A stretch of DNA of 53,460 bases from Priapulus caudatus (lineage: Eukaryota): NCBI RefSeq assembly GCF_000485595.1, contig NW_014577081.1:991438-1044897 (forward strand), written 5' to 3'. The position numbers and the translations under genes are program-made. This document shows positions 22,391-34,748 of this stretch, piece after piece; positions within the stretch are counted from its first letter, which is position 1, and every line of letters begins with the position of its first letter. Under the pieces are notes generated by a model. The model had not been told where the DNA came from. It saw nothing but the letters and a program-made list of their open reading frames with translations, and searched no databases.

Positions 22391-23613
22391 GCTTTCAACA
22401 CGAATGCAGTAACCTTTACAATAAAATGCCACTAATATCATTCACTTGGTTTGGCTCCCCCTTTTGTTTCTTTGGCTCTTTATTTTCATATTAACTTCCT
22501 TATTTATTACCTCTGATTCACCTCGCTCTCCCTATCTGCATCCCTTCCTCTCTCATACGCACTAACTTTCATATTGAATATGACTGTATTTTGTTGTAAA
22601 TTATGAAAACACTTTACCAATATCACGTTACTGAAAAAAAGAGACGTAATAAATTATTCTACAGAGCCGGATGCAATCATGCATCATGTATAAACGATAA
22701 ATATTTAACAGCTCAATTTACAGAATATAACCTACACCAATACGGCCGATCTTCGTTATTTTTTTAAGGCGCTAATTTATACACACTATAGCGCCTATTT
22801 CAAATGATCAAATAATCATATATCCCCCTCTTTAGCGCTAAATCTTTTTTAAATCATTAATGGGTGTCACACCAGTCGATTCTCTATGAATTACAATGTT
22901 ACTACACAAACCTATGTAAAGCTGAGTGACATTAAACGGCATTACTTTGGTCGAACGATGAACCTGAACTGAGAGAGAGGGTTTTTGGCACGGCATCATC
23001 GCGCAAAACGTGAGTAGAAGAGTTCTTGTGATAGTAGAAAACACACTTAGTCACGCAACGTGACCATAGATGTCTAGCAATTCGTGCTAATGCATAATCC
23101 AGCAGCCAAAATGGGTTGTGGATTAAGGATTAGCTTAAGCTCAGCACTGGTAAATGGTAATATACACGTCAACAATTCACAACGGTGCATATTGTATACA
23201 GTGTAGCAATTCACTTTGTGTCGTTTTTTCCTTTCTCATCGTAACAACTCTTTCATTACCAGCCAAGAGCACATTCTCTTCACATTCAGTAAATCAATGT
23301 AAACACCTGACAGGAAAACTCAAACGAGGTGTCAAATATTAAAATGAATCGTGCAAAATTTGTCAAAAAACGAACAAAATGATTGCTTAAAATGATGGAT
23401 ATAGAATGAATTTTTTGGTTATTTCGTGAGACGTGTTAGACAGCAAATGAAGCATAGGGGCCCACTAGCTGCACTGAAAATAGGTGTAGCTGCATGAGTA
23501 TTGAAATGGGAAAACAAATATATGGTAAAGGCTCACTTGTAAAACGAACACCTCTACATATCTATGCTAACTGTCTATCTACATACCAATATGTCTATAT
23601 ATATATTTCTCTC

Positions 23614-23644
<31 letters not shown>

Positions 23645-24332
23645 CTTTATATACACAACGTGAAAAGATTGTTGTAAACAGCCACTATAAATAATAAATA
23701 ACTCTCCCACACTGCACTTACAACAGTTTCTAGTAAAGTAAAATATATATATATGTTTCTCGCTCCACCTTTCTCCATTCTCCACTTCTTCCTCTCTTCC
23801 TCTTTTTTGCTGTCCCCCTAGGCCAGAATGCACCAATGAATAGGTTGACGACAGTGCGTGTGGGTGTGGACAAGCGTGTAAAAGTGCCACGGCGTAGCGC
23901 CACTGTACGACAGAGTCCTGACTAACATGACGAATGCGTGAGGTGAGAACAGTCTCAGGAAAATACTCGTACGGTAAAAATGCGATCTGTGTCGGTCGCA
24001 CAGCTGTCGCTGGAAGTCACGGTATTGCCAAGCTCCTAGGTAATCGTAGATCCTGCGACAAATGTCGAGAGAACACGTGTAAATTCCGCGTGGGTGCTGA
24101 CGCGTGCGTGCGTGCGTACTTATATATCCCGTGAATAGACTTTGAAGAAGCATGTCAGAAACGAGGTTTCTCCTTACTATACGTTTTCATGTACGATACC
24201 GGGACTGAATGAAAACAGGTTTACTACTGATGATACGATATATTACGAAAATGCAAAACCGTCACAGATTTGAGCAATATCACGAGTGTATAACAAAGAG
24301 TCTGTATATAAAAAAGAGAGAGCGAGCGAGAT

Positions 24333-24363
<31 letters not shown>

Positions 24364-24394
24364 GAGAGAGAAAGAGGAGAAGAGTTTGACATAC

Positions 24395-24445
24395 CAGCCG
24401 GTGACACTCTTTCTACGAGGCTTGGTCTTCTTATTGCCTGTGTTA
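24395..24445 (-). CDS. AGBL5: AGBL5 putative C-terminal exon (NTGNKKTKPRRKSVTG)
   Basis: AG/GT boundaries with phase compatible with the preceding exon; no conserved motif. Confidence 0.45.
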
Positions 24446-24974
24446 CTAGGAGACTTGGCTGAATGGCCTGGCTTACACTTTATGATATTTAACCTGTGTA
24501 TAAATAAATGAAAGTGTCAATGGCACTTGTAGCTCACCTTGGTTGTGATAAGAAGATGAGGGGCGGGGATGATATAGGATCAGCAGTATATATGGGGAGA
24601 ACTCCCTTATATAGATATCTCCTATTATATACTCCTTTGAACTGATATATGCATACAGTTTTTGATGCGAAAAAAATAAATGTTTCAGGATCTGAAAGTC
24701 TAAATCTTGACGTAAGATAGCCAACTACGCGCTAATGATTCGCATTTTGATTTCGACATATCGCGCAAATATAAAACAATAAAATACTTCCAGGATCAAT
24801 TACGCTGTGAACTCATGAATCTTAAAACCAATATTACCACGTATATAGGTATGATTGTAGAGTGTAACCAGTTTAGAGAAATAAACTAATAGGACGTTGT
24901 CATTCTCACCACATTGAGGAGTAACAATGTATTTGGTGGCTGCAGCCTTACACATTCCAGTTATACCAAAATTT

Positions 24975-25552
24975 AACAAGAATCGATAGTGAATCTAGAT
25001 CTGGTCATTTTCATCTTTCTGCCAAAAAGTGGGCGCCGGCTCAAAAGTAGGTCGCTGGCGTGCTCCAAACATAGACGTTCAAATCTGGCTCCATAGCGAA
25101 GTAAACAACTGTATGATGCAATTGCAGAACATCGTGGGCAAACTGTTCCTTGAGTTATCGTTGACTGTAGGCAGACACTGAAATTGCCAAAATCTACCTA
25201 ATTTGCATTATTAAAAAAAAATCAAAACCTGTGTGATATGTTTTGGGGCCAGTCCTCATTCAATCACATACCAGAAATGAGCAAAATCCATTGAACCTAA
25301 ACTGACTTATGGCCATTTCCATTTTTGCCAAAAAGTGGACGTGGCTCCAAAGAAGGTTGACTGGCGTGCTCCAAAATAGGACGTTCAAACCTCTCCAACA
25401 GAAGTAACAACTATATCCAATTTGAAACATGTGGGTCAAACGGTTCTCGAGTTATCGTTGACAGTAGCCAAATGTTGACGAACGGACGGACGTACGACGA
25501 ATGACACCCCATGGCAATAGCTCATCTTGACGATGTCAAGGTGAATTAAAAA
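24975..25552. mobile_element. Helitron/Helentron-like non-autonomous element
   Basis: AACAAG start, internal duplication of about 300 bp, terminal hairpin CATCTTGAC-GAT-GTCAAGGTG followed by an A-run. Confidence 0.5.
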
Positions 25553-25724
25553 AGAATCACTTTCTCAATAATAGTTTAGGATCTACATTTCGTACTCCTA
25601 TAGTATGATGACAACAATTGTATTCTGTACCGTTATTTAAAATGCAATAATTATGATAAGCATGGTGCATTTGTCACATATATAAGCGATAAAGTGATAA
25701 TGCTTTTTCTGCTATAGCACTTAC

Positions 25725-25843
25725 ATATCTCCTTTTCCTGCCATTGCTGATTTGATGATGACAGGGTCAGAAAGCTGTCTCATAACTGCAGACTGAGGCT
25801 TGAAGTTTGGTCTCGCCAATGACAATTGCTTTGGTGGTGACCT
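25725..25843 (-). CDS. AGBL5: AGBL5 putative C-terminal exon (RSPPKQLSLARPNFKPQ...)
   Basis: Acceptor CTCACCAG, donor GTAAGT, open and phase-compatible. Confidence 0.55.
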
Positions 25844-26172
25844 CTGGTGAGCAATAAAATCAGTAAAATGTAAAAAGCCTGTACATGCATAAAATCGCGT
25901 TACCAATTTTATCAATAGCCTGATGAAGAGACAATGTCTTGAAAGCTTGCTATGAAATAAATATATGACACACTATTTCTATACTTTGAATTAAATTCTA
26001 TTTATGTACGTTTACATGTATATATATATACACACGCATGCATGCACGCACGCACATGTATATATATACTTAGACAATAAATATTAATACTATATATAAT
26101 AAGATGTTCAGAATTATTTCGGAATCTGTAATTAGGCACTCCTGCTTTACATAACTCGGCAGCAAACCTCAC

Positions 26173-26366
26173 CGCGGGCGACTTTGAGGACTTGTTCTGT
26201 CGGAAGAAGCGCATGCCGATCGGTGTGATGGCGAACGGGGGAGACTGACGCTGCGCGACCACCTCGCTGCCCCGTTGCTCCCGATGCGTCGTGCTCCCCC
26301 TGGTGGTCGTCGGCACGGCAACGCGCGTCGCGTTGCCTCTCGCGTTGAGCGCTTCCACGTGAAAAC
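26173..26366 (-). CDS. AGBL5: AGBL5 C-terminal low-complexity exon
   Basis: Acceptor CTTGCAG, donor GTGAGG, GC-rich codons, phase 1-0. Confidence 0.65.
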
Positions 26367-26860
26367 CTGCAAGACGCGAGGCGTTGGACACTCAGCCAAG
26401 CACCCTCTCCCCACCCGTCATCTATGTCATGCAGCAACAAGATACTACCATACTGCCTGAGCTGCACAGCTAGTTGATGGGTGTCTATGTTCCCCACCCG
26501 AACCTATCTCCTCTCATCTCTCCATCCGACCCTCTCCCCTTCTCCTTCCACCCGGCCCTCTCCCTCTCTCCTCCCACCCAACCGTCTAGTTCTTTCTCCG
26601 TCTCCTTCCACCCTCTACCCCTCTCCCTCTCTCTCCTCCATCCAACCCTCTCCCTCTCTCCTTCCACCCGGCCCTCTCCCTCTCTCCTCCCACCCAACCG
26701 TCTAGTTCTTTCCCCCTCTCCTTCCACCCTCTCCCCTGTCTTCCACCCAACCCTCTCCCCTTTTTCCCACCCAACCCTCTCCCCTTTCTCCCACCCGACC
26801 CTCTCCCCTTTCTCCCACCCAACCCTCTCCCTCTGCTCCCGTGCTCCCGGGTAGCTTTAC

Positions 26861-27069
26861 CGTTGACGAGCACGGCCGCCTTGCCTCCCGGCATCTTCTC
26901 GCTCGTCCGCTTCACTGTCGAGACGTGGCGCTGAAGATCGGACCGGCTACTCCGCGCCGCCGTAGCCACGGCGTGCCTCGTCGCACACGTCGACAACGCG
27001 GCCTTGCTGCTGGCGGCTGCAGCGGCGGCGGCTGCGGTGGTGGCGGGCAGGCACGACGTGCTGGCGTTG
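26861..27069 (-). CDS. AGBL5: AGBL5 Ala-rich exon
   Basis: Acceptor CTGCTACAG, donor GTAAAG, phase 2-1. Confidence 0.65.
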
Positions 27070-27536
27070 CTGTAGCAGGTGAACGCACGGATGAACGCAC
27101 AGCTCGCGCGACGACAGCGAGAACGAGGGGCGTATGACGCAGGGATAGCATGGGGATGATCGCGGGGGGGGGGGCACTGCACGCGTTAATCCATGGGCGC
27201 CGAATATCAAATGCCGATATTCAATCCTAATTCGTTTATATCCAATTAAACCTGTGCAATCACGTACACCAAGGTGGTACTCGAGTGAAACCCCAGAATT
27301 ATTCTTTATTGGCCCGACCTGACCCGACGTCAACCCGACCCAACCTGACCCCGACACCACTCGACTGACCTCCTCCCAACCCCGACCCGACCTCACCCGA
27401 CTGACCTGACCTCCCGACCCGACCTGACCTCCCGACCCCCGCCCGACCCAACCCGACCTCCTCCCAACCCTGACCCGACCTCGACCTCCTCATGACCCGA
27501 CCTTCTCCTGACCCCGACCCTCGGCGCTCGTCATAC

Positions 27537-27736
27537 CTGTTGCCGGAGGGCGGCGGCGGCGGGGCTCGCTGCGTCTGCCGCGGCATGCTGAAGCGCTGCA
27601 GGCCGTTGGCGGCTCTCAGCTGCCGACGCAGCCAGTCGCGCAGGCCGCGCATCGACTGATGCTCGGAGCGTGGCAGCCGCGACCACGGGTTCGCTTCCAG
27701 CATGTCCAGCGCGGCGACGGCCAGGGCCTTGCCCAC
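27537..27736 (-). CDS. AGBL5: AGBL5 exon (VGKALAVAALDMLEANPWSRLPRSEH...LRDWL)
   Basis: Matches the AGBL5 motif VG.A.A.AALDM...NPW.R...SEH; canonical splice sites. Confidence 0.9.
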
Positions 27737-28218
27737 CTGAGATGGAAGGACAAGGTAGAGTGAGGGGCGAGTGACAGAAAAATAAGGGGCGAGTGACCGA
27801 CAAATAAGGGGCGAGTGACCGACAAATAAGGGGCGAGTGACTAGCGAATGACCAGTGAGCGACCAGCGTATGAGGGGAAAATAAGGGGCAAGTGAATGAC
27901 GTATGGTCAACGAATGAGGGGCGAATGAGGGGTGAGTGACCAGCGAGTGAAGTGGGAATAACGCGGATTTTACGAAAATTCGTACGTCTCTGCAGAGATT
28001 TTTGAGCAAAATTTTTGAACGCGATACTTCCATGCAATAATCTTTTTTCACGAAACTCGGACGAGAACGACGAACAATTGCGAACGACGTGAAAATATTA
28101 CGGATAATCCACAACGCGCTACCCACTTATTAAAGATCGGCGAAGAAGCGTGATCGACGCACAAGTGAACGCAACGCGAGATGTAACAAATGCAAGCACC
28201 ACCTGGCGAGCGTCTTAC

Positions 28219-28348
28219 CTCGCCCCAGATGTGAGGCGTGTACTTCGGCGGCAGGCCTATAGGTGGCGGCGGCGTCGCGCGGTCGTTGAGCGAGAGCGGC
28301 AGCACGTTGACGACGCAGCCCGTGTTGTAGTTGCACTCCAGCGTGTAG
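28219..28348 (-). CDS. AGBL5: AGBL5 exon containing the catalytic Glu (YTLECNYNTG...RATPPPP)
   Basis: M14D carboxypeptidase YTLE motif followed by the AGBL5-typical CNYNTG. Confidence 0.92.
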
Positions 28349-28379
28349 CTGTGCGGGGAATCAACGACGTGTTAGAGTG

Positions 28380-28765
28380 ATCATGCACGATCGCAAGGGC
28401 GGAGGCACGCACGATCGGAGGAGTGGGGCAGGGGGGCAGAGGCGTGCACGATCACAGGGGTAGGGCAGGGGGGCGGAGGCTCCCACGATCGAAGGAGCGG
28501 GGCAGGGGGCGAAAGCGTGCACAATCGCAAAGGCGGGGCAGGGGGCGGAGGCATGCACGATCACAGGGGCAGGGCAGGAGGGCGGAGGCGTGCACGATCA
28601 CAAGGGCGGGGCAGGGGGGCGGAGGCTTGCACGATCGCAAGGGCGGGGCAGGGGGGCACGCACGATCGCAAGGGCGGAGCAGGGGGCGGAGGCGTGCACG
28701 GTCGCAAAGGCAGGGGAGGGGCGGGGGCACGCACGATCGCAGAAGTGGGGGCTTGCGCGATCGGT
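28380..28765. repeat. About 29-bp GC-rich minisatellite (GCACGATCGCAAGGGCGGGGCAGGGGG)
   Basis: Visible tandem units in an AGBL5 intron. Confidence 0.85.
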
Positions 28766-29016
28766 ACACATCGAAACCTATGCCACTGTCACTTCACTGT
28801 CTATTCACGTCCATGCTATTACGCACTATATTACATTACGTACCACATCACTATATTGCAACACCACGTGCATATTACGCGTCAAACTCATCCTATTACG
28901 TACTATATCGATACAATACAATACTACGACATGCATATTACATGTCAACACCATCCTAGTACATACGTAACATACTTGATCTGTACATCGCCACACTACG
29001 TGCGTATTATGCTCAC

Positions 29017-29186
29017 CAGTGGCTGATGCCGGTCATTTTGTACGTGGCGACGCGTCCGCTGCCAGACTTGGACATGCCGTCGCGTTTGTCCTTCGTGTAC
29101 ATGTTCCGCTCAGTGAAGTTGCAGCCGGAATAGTCAAAGTGCGGCGTGTTGAGTGACAGCAGCTTCGTGTAGAGCAGTGCTGCCAT
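29017..29186 (-). CDS. AGBL5: AGBL5 exon ([26 protein letters not shown]...GSGRVA)
   Basis: Matches AGBL5 LY.KL.SLN..HFDF.GCNF.E.NMY; 170 nt, phase 0-2. Confidence 0.92.
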
Positions 29187-29352
29187 CTGACGCAGGAAAT
29201 CGTAATGAATGAAGAAAATATGTAGTGAATTAATAATAAGTCTAAAGCGGTAAAAATTCACACAATTATAATTATTAAAGGATTGGGTTTACCAGATAGA
29301 AAAAGTTCGTACATCAGTAATGCAGAATCGTAAAACATTATCGCTCCATTTG

Positions 29353-30415
29353 AACAAGAGCCGCAGAGCGACTGGGCTCATCTGAGGTGTGTTGTTACGG
29401 TTATAAACGTCACATTTAAGTCGTGCGTAGTGACACCTTTGTTAGGCGCAGATATGCAGATACGCAGTTGCGTACACATCATTTCAGCAACCTTCTGCAT
29501 TCTGCATACCTCCCAAATCCCATTGGTTGATACAAATCACGTGCCTGAAACTCCTGTTTTATGGTGCATTGTGACCCTAACCCTAACCCTATTAAAAAAA
29601 AAGGAAAAATTAATTGTTGTAAATAAATCATGTAAATATTTGCGTTAATTGGAAAAAAATAGTTTAATGGATAAAGATAGAAAAATACAGGAAAACAGGT
29701 AACTAATAAAAAATCAGATGGGATTCGATCCAACAACCTTTCAGCCGTGACGCTCATGCTGTACGCGTTTGGCTATCCATGCTTATTGGGTTTCTAGATT
29801 ATTGATGTGCCATGAATATGACAACACTGGGACGTCATTGAGGCAGTTCAGGAATCCATGTTTAACCCTCCTCTTGAGGGTCAAAAGATTATCAGACACT
29901 TACTCTTCGCACGTCAGTGGAAAGCACATTTCATGGTCCTTTCAATAAAGTGATAAAAAAAAGTCAGCGCTGAAACAAAAAAGGTTTTCACTCCATTAGG
30001 CCATATCCTCAGAAAATGTCTGATATCCGACCTTTCCCCCACTGCCCTTTGACCTGTGACCTCCAATTTCGCACTGGTGATGAGTTTCCTGCCCATCACA
30101 CTATACACCGAATATTAAGAGCATAGGTCAAGCCGTTCAGATTTGCGCCGCAATTCCGTATTTCCTCCTATACCTTAAGTTAAGGGGGAAATATTCCCCC
30201 TCCGTTTACACATCTTGACCTTTGACCCTTGACCCCCAAATTTGTCATCCTGAGTCCTTTTCACGATCTCCCTCCCCCCCGACGTCCCGAATATCGTAAC
30301 CGTACGTCGAGCGGTTAAGATTTGTGCCCAACTGGTGACGCACAGGGATGGACGGATGAACGCACGCTCATGCGATTCTACAAGCTGAATCTGACTTCGT
30401 CAGATGAGCTAAAAA
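29353..30415. mobile_element. Helentron-like non-autonomous element
   Basis: AACAAGAG start; subterminal inverted repeat GCTCATCTGA (29375) / TCAGATGAGC (30400); terminal hairpin TCTGAC-TTC-GTCAGA plus an A-run; TTGACCTTTGACC motifs. Confidence 0.55.
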
Positions 30416-30689
30416 GCATTCCTGTGTCCCGCATTCATGTTGCCGTGCAACATGCCTACACCCCTGCACCACACATCCCTGCACCCTGCATCCTTCCATC
30501 ACCACACCACTGCATCTTTGCATCCTCGCACCCCTGCTTCACACATCCCTGCAACCTACACCCTGCATCCCTGTATCTGTGCATCCTCGCACCCCTGCAT
30601 CCCTGACCCACATCCATCCTAGCATCCCATGCAGCTTCGCACCCCTGCATCCTTCCCTTCCCCATCCCCCCACATCCCTCCCATCCCTC

Positions 30690-30968
30690 CAGAGATGCCA
30701 ACACATATTTGAAGCAATCTGTAGTTTCTGGACATCAAATTAGTAGTTTGAGGGTCACGCAGTGACACGAGTTTGCTAGGGGGGTCCGGCATGACCCCCG
30801 GAAAATTTTTTGATTCTGAGATGCAATTTCCTGCATTCCGAGGGTAAACGAATTTGTTTTTTTTTTATCATAGTGAAATTCGTAGTTTGATACAAACTGG
30901 TCGTAGTGGTGCAAAAAGAATAGAAATTCGTATAAAATACGAATAAATCGTAGTGGTTGGCATCTCTG
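30690..30968. mobile_element. MITE with a 13-bp perfect TIR and 6-bp TSD TCCCTC
   Basis: CAGAGATGCCAAC / GTTGGCATCTCTG with TCCCTC on both sides. Confidence 0.8.
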
Positions 30969-30994
30969 TCCCTCCATCCCCGCATCCACCTCAC

Positions 30995-31834
30995 CTGCTG
31001 ATCCTCATCCTCCATGTGGTTGCCATAGATGAAGCATCCGCGCTTCGACGCATGTCCGTGCAAGTCGATGTAATAGGCGAGTCCGCTCTCCGCTGCCGGC
31101 ACCGCCGCCGCCTCCGCCTCCGTGTACTCCACGTCCCGCCACCGCCCCCACGCCGACCCCGCCCCTGGGCCACGCCCGAGCCGGTCCTCCAGTGAGACGC
31201 TCCCCATGCGGTCGACGAGGTCAGGGATCGTCACCGCGGCGACGTCATGCGGGGGCGCCGCAGCCGCCTGCACGCAGAACTTCTTCGGCGGAGAGCTGTA
31301 CTCGCGCGCCGGGGATCCCGGGGACGCGGCGGGGTCAGGGGTCGCGGCGAGGTCGCGCTTGTCGCACGTCGTCGTCGTCGTTGCCGCGGCGATGGGCTTC
31401 CTCGCGCGGATCGCCGGAAAGAAGGCGCCACCGTCACGCGCCCGCGCATCCCTCCAGGTGTAGCTGGCGATGTCGCCCGTCGCGGCGATATCGTCGACGT
31501 CGGTTGCCGTGCCGACGTCGGTTGCCGCGGCAATGCTGCCGTTGCTGCTGCTGTCCGTCTCGAAAACGCCGTCGCCCGTCGCGGCGTGGCTGCTGGTGAG
31601 CACGACGGGGGCGCCACCGCTGTCGACGCGCTCGATCACGGGCAGGCGCTGCAACCTCGTGGTCTCCTCCTTGCCCGGGTGCGACTTCCTCCGCTCCTGC
31701 GCCTCCCTGCCAAGCTTCCCCGCTTTGCCGCCGTTCCTCCGGCCCCCCGCGGCGTCCTGCGCCGCGCTCTCCTTCGTCTTCCCCCGGCCGCCCTTCTCTT
31801 CGTCCCTCCCCTTCCCCTCCCCCCGCTCTCCGCT
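30995..31834 (-). CDS. AGBL5: AGBL5 large exon (low-complexity insert plus [24 protein letters not shown]); 5' end lies in a gap
   Basis: Zn-ligand motif DLHGH with the AGBL5-typical ASKRGCF.YGN; donor CAG|GTGAGG. Confidence 0.92.
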
Positions 31835-32083
31835 NNNNNNNNNNNNNNNNNNNNNNNNNGGGAGAGGGGAAGGTCGACGATTAATCGAACTAATTAATTA
31901 CTATTAATTCATTATTAGAAGAAATAATTCAATAGAATTCAATATACTCAATAAAAGACGAAATGAGAGTTAGCACGCGTAGATCTGGAGATGTATAAGG
32001 ATTATTCCCCCCTTCCAGCAGGTAATAAACCATAATAACGCGGGGAACCACCGCCGCCGTATTTCACGAGCGTTGCTACGCAC

Positions 32084-32261
32084 CCGCTTGCCCTTGAACA
32101 CGTGCGGCCGCGGCTGCGACCGGTCAGGGAACAGCTTGTGCAGATACGGCTCCCTGGTATCGGTCATGCCCTTGCACGACGTGATGGTCAGAAGGTCAAC
32201 GTTGAGCCCCTCGATCGACGTCGTGACCAGCTCGCGGTGGTAGTATATCGTCCGCGGCGAA
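32084..32261 (-). CDS. AGBL5: AGBL5 exon (TIYYHREL...VDLLTITSC...LFPD...RP..F.GKR)
   Basis: Strong motif match to AGBL5; canonical splice sites. Confidence 0.92.
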
Positions 32262-32679
32262 CTGTGCGGGGAGCGGCGGGGGAAGGTCAAACACAAGAAC
32301 GCACGTCGCGTCGTCGACGTCGGAAACGTTAGAACGCGTTTATGGAGTTTTTACTTGTCGTCACGTACGCGCGCCTTCGTTTCCTTACGTGATAAACGTT
32401 TCGCAAACAAAATCAGTAAACACTTTCAGTTTTCGGATGCGTGATGGCGTGACTAAAGACGAATCCCGACTTGAATTTTCGTTCGATCGACGAATATTTT
32501 CGAATTTCCAAATATTTTCCACCGCGTCGCCTATGCATCTTATCAGGAACTTACAAATGGAAGTTATAAGCTCCCGATCTTATGACAATTCGATCTCAAG
32601 AACAAGAGGAACGTCAGGAACGATCTCCGGACGAATAGACCTTGACGCACAACAGTGCGGACGGAGATTCCATCGCTAA

Positions 32680-32983
32680 AGCCTAGCGCACACTTGCGAC
32701 TTTTGGTTGCTCGTCGCTGCAACTTGCAACCACATGCAATCGGTCGCACGCTTCACCGTGTGAGCGCACACAAGCGATTTCAAAGCAATTTCGGAGCAAT
32801 TGGGAGCGACGAGTTGCTGAAAATCAAACCAGTTTGATTTCTTGCAACTCGTTGCAAGCGACCAGAATCGCTACGAGTTGCAGTTGCTCGTTCCCGCAGA
32901 CATAGCGATTTCACAGCAATTTCGACTGCGATTCTAGAATTGCAGCCGAGTTGCATGAAAAAGTCGCACGTCTGCGCTAGGCT
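32680..32983. mobile_element. PIF/Harbinger-like MITE
   Basis: TIR AGCCTAGCGCACACTTGCGACTTTT / AAAAGTCGCACGTCTGCGCTAGGCT with TAA / TTA flanks. Confidence 0.75.
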
Positions 32984-33012
32984 TTAGTTCCCCCCTCGAT
33001 CGCGTTGCCTAC

Positions 33013-33179
33013 CTGTCGGGCGTGAGCTGCTTGCAGTACTGGAATCGCTTGTCGAGAGACGCGAGCATGCTCTGGCACTCCTCGTACGAGTGCGGGTAGC
33101 AGAAGGTGAAGTAGGTGGTCGCACTCTTGCTCTCGGGGAAGCGATAGGTGAACGTCAGCACACAGCTGCCGTCCATCAT
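33013..33179 (-). CDS. AGBL5: AGBL5 exon (…ATTYFTFCYPHSYEECQ...)
   Basis: CCP family F..CYP.SY motif; 167 nt, phase 0-2. Confidence 0.9.
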
Positions 33180-33961
33180 CTGAAACGCGCCGAGAAATCG
33201 TTGTCACGGTTACGAAGTATTACAGCGGATCCAGATTTTTTTACAGTGGGAGAGAGTTTTTGGTGATTGTTTCACGACATGAGCACGTGACCACATTTCA
33301 CCCACATGTACAACCACATTTCACCCACATGTACAACCACATTTCGCTCATCTTTACAACTACATTTCACCCACCTGTACGACCAAATTTCACCCACATG
33401 TACAACTACATTTCGCTCATCTTTACAACTACATTTCACCCACTGATACGACCAAATTTCACTCACATGTACAACCACATTTCTCCCACCTGTACAACCA
33501 CATCNNNNNNNNNNNNNNNNNNNNNNNNNNNNNNNNNNNNNNNNNNNNNNNNNNNNNNNNNNNNNNNNNNNNNNNNNNNNNNNNNNNNNNNNNNNNNNNN
33601 NNNNNNNNNNNNNNNNNNNNNNNNNNNNNNNNNNNNNNNNNNNNNNNNNNNNNNNNNNNNNNNNNNNNNNNNNNNNNNNNNNNNNNNNNNNNNNNNNNNN
33701 NNNNNNNNNNNNNNNNNNNNNNNNNNNNNNNNNNNNNNNNNNNNNNNNNNNNNNNNNNNNNNNNNNNNNNNNNNNNNNNNNNNNNNNNNNNNNNNNNNNN
33801 NNNNNNNNNNNNNNNNNNNNNNNNNNNNNNNNNNNNNNNNNNNNNNNNNNNNNNNNNNNNNNNNNNNNNNNNNNNNNNNNNNNNNNNNNNNNNNNNNNNN
33901 NNNNNNNNNNNNNNNNNNNNNNNNNNNNNNNNNNNNNNNNNNNNNNNNNNNNNNNNNNNNN

Positions 33962-34081
33962 GTGCGCACCAGCGGAGTCATGCCGTGATTGTAGAGCCGC
34001 ATCTGTCGATTCAGATTCATCACGTTGAACTTAATGAGGCTGCCGGGGGACCAGCCCCGCACGCTGTAGTAAAACCAGGAC
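33962..34081 (-). CDS. AGBL5: AGBL5 exon ([10 protein letters not shown]...[22 protein letters not shown]); 3' end lies in a gap
   Basis: CCP prodomain WFYF and N..N motifs. Confidence 0.9.
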
Positions 34082-34376
34082 CTAGAGCAAGAGAGAGAGA
34101 GAGAGAGCGTGGACGTTGAGCGTGCATGTGATGGCAGCGCGCACGGGCGATGTGTAGACTCGCCACGACTACTTTTTTGTTTGTGTGTGTGTATGCAAGC
34201 CTACTGGTACCACCTGATGTATGATATAAGGTAGCACCTAGCAATGGCCACGACTAACGTCATCAGAGCACGTGGGACATAGTATTTCTCTCGTTAGTAG
34301 ATGCATCGATGCAAAGATGTGATAACTAAACTTTTAATCCGGCTCGAAACATTGCGGGTGAGTTACGAAGCCTTGC

Positions 34377-34471
34377 CTGTTTCCGTTCTCGTACGCTGTG
34401 CCTGCACAGTCCGGTCTGGTCCACACATTGAACTCATAGTCAGGCTCATTGTCATCATTCTGCGCGCTAGT
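34377..34471 (-). CDS. AGBL5: AGBL5 coding exon 2 ([22 protein letters not shown]), GC donor
   Basis: Near-identical to the AGBL5 motif [19 protein letters not shown]; a second copy lies at 36296-36390. Confidence 0.92.
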
Positions 34472-34661
34472 CTGCAATAAATGATAAACGACGTTTCCCA
34501 ACGTGCTTGCATGATCGAGACGCACTACCCGTGCACCTGCCTGCGAGCCTCGATGTACCCGAGTTCTCTGGTACAGCATTCTCGAATACACGTTGCAATC
34601 TTACGCGTGCAATAAAAGTGGGAGATAATTCTCGAATATCAATTTTTCATGATGGCCTTAC

Positions 34662-34748
34662 CAGACTCCGATCCACTTGTTCGACTCTCCTGAGATTTCC
34701 GGAGTCGAACTTGGAGGTAAAGAAAAGTCCACCACAGTGCACCTCCAT
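34662..34748 (-). CDS. AGBL5: AGBL5 coding exon 1 ([25 protein letters not shown]), copy 1
   Basis: FDSGNL motif and an ME..CGGL.F start characteristic of AGBL5/CCP5. Confidence 0.92.

Noticed and set aside
23818..24051. Candidate AGBL5 terminal exon after the acceptor at 24052
   Set aside because: A phase-compatible frame is open, but its composition is unconvincing and alternative acceptors exist (for example near 23307); left unresolved.
31100..31834. Long low-complexity insertion in the carboxypeptidase domain as a novelty
   Set aside because: AGBL5 proteins are known to carry a variable insertion at this position.
33260..34062. Long ORFs spanning N runs (also 46579-47871 and 49600-50871)
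   Set aside because: Artifacts of translating gaps and microsatellites.
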